Shown here: positions 1-6,888 of the stretch, piece by piece
Layout of the letters: each line of letters starts with the position of its first letter
Numbering within the stretch: position 1 is the first letter of the stretch
From: Octopus sinensis
Taxonomy: Eukaryota
Direction: 5' to 3'
NCBI RefSeq assembly: GCF_006345805.1
Contig: NW_021827214.1
Location: forward strand, 1 to 10,634
DNA: 10,634 nt
Position numbers and translations under genes: made by a program
The notes under the pieces: model-generated
Seen by the model: only the letters and a program-made list of their open reading frames with translations
Databases searched by the model: none
What the model was told of the DNA's origin: nothing

Positions 1-5
1 CCCCC

Positions 6-62
6 CACACACACACACACACACACACATACTCACACGCACACACATGCACGCACATGTAT
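6..62. repeat. (CA)n microsatellite, degenerate
   Basis: Near-perfect CA run at the window start, decaying into CACG/CATG variants. Confidence 0.95.
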
Positions 63-97
63 ATATGCCATCAATGCAGAACTATCAATGGTTTCAA

Positions 98-425
98 GAG
101 CTCAGTGTTGTTAGGAATCTTCCTCGCTTTTATTCTTATACACCTCAACTGGACAGGGTTGTGTGTTGTGTCCTTGAGCAAGACACTTTATTTCACGCTG
201 CTTCAGTTCACTCAGCTGTAGAAATGAGTTGTGACGTCACTAGTGCCAAACTGTATTGGCATTTGCCTCTTCCCTTGGATAACATCGATGGCGTGGAGAA
301 TCGTGGCCAGCATGCATAGGCGGCTGCTGGACTTCCATAAAACAACAATTCTCGGACTTGTGCCTCGGGGGATAACTTTCTAGGTGTAATCCCATGGTCA
401 TTCATGACCGAATGGGGTCTTTGCC
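98..425 (+). mobile_element. SINE-like family A, copy 1 (CORE-like central domain, decayed tRNA head)
   Basis: Positions 167-405 align by eye with 7419-7655 at roughly 75-80% identity. Segment 167-228 (TGTGTCCTTGAGCAAGACACTT...TGCTTCAGTTCACTCAGCTGTAGAAATGAG) resembles the CORE-SINE domain as I recall it. There is an A-box-like GCTCAGTG..GTTAG near 100-115, and the B box is not recognisable. The 5' boundary is uncertain. Confidence 0.75.
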
Positions 426-648
426 TTTTTACACCGCATTCAAAATACATCGTTTCCAAGGATATTTAACCCCGATCCTAATTAGTTAATACCATGCGGA
501 TTAAGGACGCAAATTTTCATGCTTATTTCATAAGATGGCAAATAATGGACGACTTTCAGGACGGTTTCTAGGATTGTTTAGAACCAAGGAAGAAAAAAAA
601 CCATGCAGAAGCTGTGGAAAGTAATTTTCTTAATGGTCTCGATTATTG

Positions 649-862
649 GTTTCAGTTTTTTACATCAGACCAGCAAGGTTGGAGGAGGAGTTAAGTCGAT
701 TTGAAGGAACCCAGTGTTCAACTGGTACTTGTTTTATCGATCCCGAAAATATGAAAGGTAAAATCGACCTCGGTGGTGGAATTTGAACTCAGAACGTAAA
801 GACAGACAAAATGCCGCTCAGCATTTTGCCCGGCATGCTAAAGATTCTATCTGTTGGTCGCC
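649..862 (-). mobile_element. SINE-like family B, copy 1 (near full length) with 20-bp target-site duplication
   Basis: The reverse complement matches the B copies at 1660-3060, with B box GAGTTCAAATTCC (reverse of 778-790) and the CGAGGTCGA...TTTCAT...TCGATAAAA.AAGTACCAGTTG core. It is flanked by CTTAATGGTCTCGATTATTG (629-648) and CTTAATGGTCTTGATTATTG (862-881). Confidence 0.9.
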
Positions 863-1659
863 TTAATGGTCTTGATTATTGCTATCGGTTGTGGTTACCA
901 CGTAGTGCATAGCTACTGTGGTACTCGAGGACATCCATCGCACCCGTATCAAGAGAATCACCTTGCTGCCGCAGATGAGTTACTGGTGGAAGGATGATAA
1001 AGGAAGGACTTACATCAAAGTATGGTATAAAAAATCTGTATCAGTCTGCGAAGCGGGTGGCCGTTGCATAGTAAACAATCATCCTGCTCTACCAAAGTAC
1101 TTAACAAGCTCAAGTTTCAAAAAAATCACAACTTACCAATTTCTTGGTAAAATCACTTAAGAGATATACGTGAGCGTATGTACACTCATTGAAGTACTAT
1201 TTTGACATCCGATACTCTAATACCTCGGATAAATTTACCTCATTACAATGTAATTCCTTAGATAAGACATAGATAGACGTAAGATTGATATTTGATGGTT
1301 TAGGTCACAGCAAAAATACGTGATTGACGTTAACGGTATCGAGTTTCTGCACCCAACAACAGAAAGAAGTCTCTAGCAATGCATATTATCTTGAAATGAG
1401 AACACATTTATTAATGCTACTCGTTATTATAATAAGGCTCTGTGCATTAGTGACTCAACAGATAGGATACCTTACACAGATAGATCTCACATGCCTAAGC
1501 ATCAAAATAGACTAGGAAATATTTCATGGTAAAAATCACCTAATGATTGAAACATACGAAGTAACATCGGCAAAAATTTCCGAAATCTAATTCTTAATAA
1601 ATATTATAAGATTTTCAATAGAAGTCCGATCTTGGCAGGCTATTATTACTGGACAGGTT

Positions 1660-1875
1660 AAGGTTGCGAGCTAGCAGAGCTTAGAGTACGCTGGGTAAAA
1701 TGCTTATTTCGGAATTTCATCTGACATTACGCTTTGAATGCAAATTCCGCCGAGGTCGACTTTCATCGTTTCAGAGTCGATGAAATAAGTACCAGATCCG
1801 TACAGGAGTCGATGTAATCGACAACTCCCTTCCTCAAAATTTCAGGCCTTGTGCCTATAGTAGAAAGGATTATTA
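1660..1875 (+). mobile_element. SINE-like family B, copy 2 (diverged, tail ...GGCCTTGTGCCTATAGTAGAAAGGATTATT)
   Basis: Head AAGGTTGCGAGCTAGCAGAGC and core CAAATTCCGCCGAGGTCGACTTTCATC...GTCGATGAAATAAGTACCAG...GTCGATGTAATCGAC are shared with the other B copies. Confidence 0.85.
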
Positions 1876-1886
1876 CTGAAAAGATT

Positions 1887-2019
1887 AAGGTTGCGAGCTA
1901 GCAGAGCCGTTAGCAAGCTAAGCAGAATTTCGCCATTCTTTATGTTCTGAGTTCAAATTCTGCCGAGGTTGACTTTGCCTTTCATCATTTCTCGGTCAAT
2001 GAAATAAGTACGAGTTGCG
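1887..2019 (+). mobile_element. SINE-like family B, copy 3 (5' part, interrupted by C copy 1)
   Basis: Same head as copy 2, B box GAGTTCAAATTC, and core running to GAAATAAGTACGAGTTG. A B-type 3' end (CCAAAATTTGAAACCAGTATT) reappears at 2474-2494, after the C element. Confidence 0.85.
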
Positions 2020-2020
2020 G

Positions 2021-2475
2021 ACTCTTTTAGTCTTTTACTCTTTTACTTGTTTCAGTCATTTGACTGCGGCCATGCTGGAGCACCGCCTTTAGTCGAGCAA
2101 ATCGACCCCGGGACTTATTCTTTGTAAGCCCAGTACTTATTCTATCGGCCTCTTTTGCCGAACCGCTAAGTGACGGGGACGTAAACACACCAGCATCGGT
2201 TGTCAAGCAATGCTAGGGGGACAAACACAAGCACACAAACACACACACACACACATACATACAACATATATATATATATATATATATATAAATATATACG
2301 ACAGGCTTCTTTCAGTTTCCGTCTACCAAATCCACTCACAAGCATTGGTCGGCTCGGGCTATAGCAGAAGACACTTGCCCAAGATGCCACGCAGTGGGAT
2401 GAACCCGGAACCATGTGGTTGGTTAGCAAGCTACTTACCACACAGCCACTCTTGCACTATAGCCACTCCTGCGCC
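2021..2475 (-). mobile_element. SINE family C, copy 1 (tRNA head, internal (TA)/(TG) microsatellite, (AGTAAAAG)n tail)
   Basis: The reverse complement is about 90% identical by eye to 3289-3710 outside the microsatellite. It has A-box-like TGGCTGTGTGG, B-box-like GGGTTCA.TCCC and about three 8-nt tail units at 2021-2047. Confidence 0.9.
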
Positions 2476-2507
2476 AAAATTTGAAACCAGTATTGCAGAC
2501 TACAGTG

Positions 2508-2898
2508 AAGGCGGCTAGCTAGCAGAATTACTAGCACGCCAATGCTAGCACGCCAATACTAGCACGCCGAGGTCGACTTTGCCTTTCATCCTTTCAGGGT
2601 CGATAAATTAAGTACCAGTTACGCACTGGGGTCAATGTTATCGACTTAATATCTTTGTCTGTCTTTGTTTGTCTCCTCTGTGTTTAGCCCCTTGTGAGTA
2701 GTAAAGAAATAGGTATTTCGTCTGCCCTACGTTCTGAGTTCAAATTCCGCCGAGGTCGACTTTGCCTTTCATCCTTTCGGAGTCGATAAATTAAGTACCA
2801 GTTACGCACTCGGGTCGATGTTATGGACTTAATACCTTTGTTTGTCATTGTTTGTCCTCTCTCTATGTTTAGCCCCTTGTGGGCAATAAAGAAATAAG
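2508..2898 (+). mobile_element. SINE-like family B, head-to-tail dimer (monomers 2508-2711 and 2712-2898)
   Basis: Two ~150-nt blocks starting CGCCGAGGTCGACTTTGCC at 2565 and 2748 (period 183) share the tail ...TGTTTAGCCCCTTGTG...AAAGAAATA. The second monomer lacks the head and the first lacks the B box. Confidence 0.9.
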
Positions 2899-2908
2899 AT
2901 TAATTTAG

Positions 2909-3060
2909 TTCGTCAGTATGTTCTCAGTCCAAATTCCGCCGAGGTCGACCTTTCTTTTCGGGGTTCGATGAAATGAAAAGCAGATGAACACTGGCGTCGG
3001 TGTAATCGACTTACCCAACCCCGAAATTGCTGGCGTTGTGCCAAATTTTAAACCAATATT
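2909..3060 (+). mobile_element. SINE-like family B, copy 6 (5'-truncated, tail ...GCTGGCGTTGTGCCAAATTTTAAACCAATATT)
   Basis: AAATTCCGCCGAGGTCGAC at 2931-2949 is followed by the diverged B core and 3' end. Confidence 0.85.
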
Positions 3061-3288
3061 ACTGGACAAATTTTAGAGGCTCAGTAAACTGCTTTAACTA
3101 TAAAGGCGTTTCAAACCACAACAACAGCAACAGTTTTTTCTCACGTATATATTTGCTTGCACCAAATAATTGGCTTTCAAATGAATTAGAATATTGAGTT
3201 CGGTATATAAGACAGAAGAGTATGACAAGGACTTATATTTGATTAACAGAGAATCATTTCAGGTTCCGTCTTAACATAAACATACATA

Positions 3289-3451
3289 GGCGTAGGAGTG
3301 GCTGTGTGGTAAGCAGCTTGCTTACCAACCACATGGTTTCGGGTTCAGTCCCACTGCGTGGCACCTTGGGCAAGTGTCTTCTACTATAGTCTCGGGCTGA
3401 CCAAAGCCTTGTGAGTGGATTTGGTAGACGGAAACTGAAAGAAGCCCGTCA

Positions 3452-3487
<36 letters not shown>

Positions 3488-3710
3488 TGTGTGTGTGTGT
3501 ATACGTTTGTATGTCTGTGTTTGTCCCCCCAACATCGCTTGACAACCGATGCTGGTGAGTTTACGTCCCTGTAAATTAGCGGTTCAGCAAAAGGCGCCGA
3601 TAGAATAAGTACTAGGCTTACAAAGAATAAGTAGATTTGCTCGACTAAAAGGCGGTGCTCCAGCATAGCCACAGTCAAATGACTGAAACGAGTAAAAGAG
3701 TAAAAGAGTA
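3289..3710 (+). mobile_element. SINE family C, copy 2 (full length)
   Basis: Starts GGCGTAGGAGTGGCTGTGTGG (A-box-like 3299-3309), with B-box-like GGGTTCAGTCCC at 3341-3352 and ACCTTGGGCAAGTGTCTT (start of a CORE-like motif). It has an internal (TA)(TATG)(TG) tract at ~3451-3500 and the tail AGTAAAAG-AGTAAAAG-AGTA. Confidence 0.92.
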
Positions 3711-4096
3711 TACTTGCACAAATCAGAAGAAAAAATATAACAAGGCTTGTTATAAAATTTCACAACTTGTTAGGTTTTTCTAAAAAAAAGTCTGAAAGCT
3801 TTTATAAACAAATGGTCCGTGGTTGAATATACTTCTCTCTTAGTGCAAGCCAGCTTTTATTCAAATTCGTACTGAAAATTGTGCGTTAGTGAAAAGTCAT
3901 CCATTTTATTTGAACACATTCGTAACTTCTATACATTTTTTATATAATTTTGCATAACTTCCTCTAAACTCCTTTAGCGGACAATCTTCCAAATAGTTTT
4001 TAGCTAACGGCAACTGTGTTATCTAATAAGCTAAAGAAATAGAACGCTATGAGGGCAGATAGAACACTGAGGTCAATAAAATAAACAATTTAGAAA

Positions 4097-4184
4097 TGTG
4101 TGTATGTATATGTGATTGTGTGTGTGTGTGTGTATGTGTGTGTGCGTGTGCGCGTGTGTTAGTGCATATGTGTATATTTGTGTG
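4097..4184. repeat. (TG)n compound microsatellite
   Basis: Interrupted TG run with TA and CG variants. Confidence 0.9.
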
Positions 4185-5051
4185 ACAGGCTAACTGACAG
4201 ATTCAGTACTTATAATAGATTTATAAAAATTGCTTGGGTAACAAACATTGTCGATAAATTTAAAGACAATATCATATGAAATTACCACGGGATGTCCGCA
4301 AAGGCATTGGCCATCTATCAATCAATAATATCTTTGAGCCAATTCAGTCCATTGTGCTAAGTCCATTCCGTACAAAGTTGATTGGTCAAACTAAATAATT
4401 AATTTAGAGTTTAATCTTCGATCAATTTGTTTTCGGAGGCTTATGTCCACAAAAGAAAAAAGATGTCCCATTCCAAATCAAAAAAAAATTGAATAGACAA
4501 TGATAACGTTACAAAGGAAATCTTTAGAATAAAATATAATTTTATGATCACAGAATCCAGAATAACAGAATAAATAAATCACAGAATCACAGAATAGATA
4601 AATATATTGAATGTTCAGTGGTACATCTCTATTCTAGTCAAATAAGGGTGGGCAGACAGATAAGACAATGTGATAAGAAAGATGGGTTTGATTTCATGCA
4701 AAAAGACCAGAGAAACAACAGAGAAATGGATGACAAACAATCTAAAGGTTACGATTAATCAATTTTGATGAAATATTTACGATACAAATGCGTGTTTGCA
4801 GTGCTTTTTCGTTATGCTTTTGTTTGTATATCTCTGATGTTCGTTTTTTCTTCTTTTTACACAATGCATTTTTTTTAACAAAAGAATCAGATCACATTAC
4901 TACTCTGCTCTGCCATATGCTCTGTAGATATGAACCAGAGAAAATACCCTAACGACCTAACGACCTTATCTCATTCAATGGGAATCATGGTTTATTTAAA
5001 AACTGAATAGATTCAGGGTACCAAACGACCCCTCACCCCACACATACTATT

Positions 5052-5136
5052 ACACGTATATATATTATATATATATATATATATATGTATGTGAGTGCGT
5101 GTGAGCGTGTGCGTATGTGTGTATATTTATATATAT

Positions 5137-5167
<31 letters not shown>

Positions 5168-5193
5168 TACACGTAGAGATATAAAAATATATA
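5052..5193. repeat. (TA)n/(TG)n compound microsatellite
   Basis: TA runs flank a TG/CG tract. Confidence 0.9.
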
Positions 5194-5296
5194 CAAGCAT
5201 TATACTCAAAACACTAACTCAGTAATATTTGCACAGACACACAAAGAATTAAATTCGTGTAGACATACAAAATTACATGAATATTTAACAAAATCA

Positions 5297-5349
5297 ATAT
5301 ATATGTATGTATGCATATATATATATATATTATAGTATATATATATATA

Positions 5350-5388
<39 letters not shown>

Positions 5389-5472
5389 GTGTGCGTGTAT
5401 TTATATTTATGTCTATATAAGCGTACGTATATGTGTGTATGTTTATGTATACATACATGTACACATATAAAC
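5297..5472. repeat. (TA)n-(TG)n compound microsatellite
   Basis: Long TA run, then a near-perfect (TG)n at ~5360-5387, then a degenerate TA/TG tail. Confidence 0.9.
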
Positions 5473-5891
5473 ATAGTTGTACAGATACGTCGTATTCAAG
5501 TATAACTAGATTGCAACCAATATGAAAAGAACTAAGTCCACATTAATATTTTATCTTGGCTTTTCATGAAAACTATACAAAAAGACTCACTAAGTGTATT
5601 GTTTTTTTGTTGTTGTTGCTATAATTGCTGTCTTGTACAGCTTTCTGTATCATTATACATTCATTTGTAGAACGATTTCATTGCTACAACTGTTCACATA
5701 CATTATCTTATATATATATATTTTATTGGAAGCGGATGTATCCCCAGATCATTCACCAGAGTTTATCGCTTCCGGACTTCGAACGATTACCAAATATGGA
5801 ACATAAGATGAGTTATGAAGGGCATTTTGTTTTGTTCTTGTGTGTGTGCGAACCAAATAAGTAACTCTTAAAATACAACTAGCATGGGAGA

Positions 5892-5952
5892 GATATAATC
5901 GATTACCCCTCCCCAGAATTTGCTGGACTTTTGCACAAATTTTAAAGCAATA
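5892..5952 (+). mobile_element. SINE-like family B, 3' fragment
   Basis: GATATAATCGATTACCCCTCCCCCAGAATTTGCTGGACTTTTGCACAAATTTTAAAGCAATA matches the B 3' end seen at 2999-3058. Confidence 0.7.
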
Positions 5953-5953
5953 A

Positions 5954-6021
5954 ACACACACACACATACATGTATATAAGTATATATATATATATGTGTG
6001 TGTATACTAATTAGTATACAC
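5954..6021. repeat. (CA)-(TA)-(TG) microsatellite ending in a 22-bp perfect palindrome
   Basis: Dinucleotide runs, then GTGTATACTAATTAGTATACAC (6000-6021), which is its own reverse complement. Confidence 0.85.
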
Positions 6022-6342
6022 CTACTTCTGTTATAAGACGCAGTGCACTCAGAGTTCAGAGTGCTTGGGCATCATCAATAGCTTTCTCGATTTCAAAAGC
6101 TCCAAGGAAGCTATAAAGTGATATACAAGGGCTTAGATCTTCATAATCTTATAGGAGAAAAAGCAATAACTTAATGAAGTTGTTTTCGTTATTCCTGTTC
6201 TCTAGTCATTTATTTCATTTCATATTTTCTATTTGTACTTAACTAACGCTTTACCCTAACGCATATGTACATTTAGTTCTAACACCAGGTCATTAGTATA
6301 GCTATGCCTAAGCAAAATCTTTATATATATATATATATATAT

Positions 6343-6617
6343 GTTTACGGAGATGTACTTGCATAGCGAGTGATCTGATCTGAGATTGTGTGCTGGAACG
6401 AAAACAATTTCAGCGTGGAAGGTGTTTATAAGCCATTTAAGAAACACACAAAAACCGTTAGATTCAGTTTAACATTCAAATTTAATTTGTCAAAATATTT
6501 TAGTCCCTTTGAGACCGTGAACTGTTCACTGACAAAATTCCGTGCAATGTTGAAGTGAATTTAACGGTTTTTGTGTGTTTCTTAAATAGCTTATAAACAC
6601 CTTCCACGCTGCAATTG
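6343..6617. mobile_element. Fold-back / MITE-like element with 72-bp inverted arms, between TA runs
   Basis: 6405-6476 and 6546-6617 are reverse complements with 5 mismatches in 72 nt and a 69-nt spacer. A (TA)n run lies at 6322-6342 and TA repeats at ~6620-6628. No coding capacity. The inverted repeat is certain; the transposon class is inferred. Confidence 0.75.
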
Positions 6618-6888
6618 TGTATATATATTTATAGAATATATGCCATGCGACATACTTTGTCTGTTCATGGTGGAGCACAAAGCTGCTGAGTTAATTCCAC
6701 GATGGACATGAAAAGCCTGAAATGCTGGGCTTCTGTAGGCATGATTAGTTTCTAAATATCAGCAAATAAATTAGATCAGTGATTTTACAGAAAATAAAAT
6801 AAATTTCGATCGTGGGATAGCTGTGAAAACAGTCTAAATAATTGGGTAAATACCCTCTCTCGAAGACAGAAACAAGAGTTGGCCACGA

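Larger units (their letters stand above)
603..3197 (+). pseudogene. Candidate decayed intronless gene for a secreted or type II membrane protein, interrupted by SINE insertions
   Basis: ATG at 603 lies in an AACCATG context. Deleting 649-881 (SINE plus one duplicated target copy) gives MQKLWKVIFLMV(S/L)IIAIGCGYHVVHSYCGTRGHPSHPYQENHLAAADELLVE. Deleting 1656-3068 gives 77 stop-free codons across the junction (...FNRSPILAGYYYWT|NFRGSVNCFNYKG...). The full ~315-codon reconstruction needs 3 frameshifts and 6 stops. No family recognised. Confidence 0.4.

Noticed and set aside
47-459. ORFs 47-319 (+) and 208-459 (-), and similar 7464-7734 ORFs
   Set aside because: They lie within SINE family A copies, and the frames are not conserved between the two copies.
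1324-1515. 63-aa ORF MTLTVSS... as a stand-alone gene
   Set aside because: It has a non-ATG start and is short. It overlaps, in another frame, the better-supported pseudogene reconstruction.
2531-3060. CRISPR-like or regularly spaced repeat array (CGCCGAGGTCGAC at 2565, 2748 and 2937; 14-mer triplet at 2531)
   Set aside because: The intervening sequences are homologous to each other rather than unique spacers, there are no cas genes, and the context is eukaryotic. These are tandem SINE units.
3289-3360. Functional tRNA gene at the C or D heads (also 10560-10634)
   Set aside because: A and B boxes are present, but there is no complete cloverleaf and the sequence continues into SINE bodies.
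2166-3678. ORFs 2166-2441, 2210-2518 and 3322-3678
   Set aside because: They lie within SINE family C and its internal microsatellite (YIYI/CVCV/THTH runs).
3736-3754. Short palindrome TATAACAAG-G-CTTGTTATA, and hairpin AATTGTT-TTCG-AACAATT at 8449-8466
   Set aside because: Short AT-rich stems like these are expected by chance in 10 kb of AT-rich DNA.
3711-3830. Continuation of the pseudogene frame beyond C copy 2
   Set aside because: The TSD is ambiguous (2-3 nt), and two different frames are open for about 22-38 codons, so the junction cannot be fixed.
4276-4398. 40-aa ORF MKLPRDVRKGIGHLSINNIFEPIQSIVLSPFRTKLIGQTK with nearby CCAAT/ATTGG motifs
   Set aside because: It is too short to distinguish from chance, and I recognise no homology.
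4547-4968. Short tandem motifs (CACAGAAT repeats at ~4547-4595; CCTAACGA x2.5 at 4948-4968)
   Set aside because: Ordinary slippage-type low complexity with no further structure.
5214-5967. ORFs around the TA/TG microsatellites
   Set aside because: They are dominated by dinucleotide-repeat translation and have no recognisable domain or convincing splice structure.
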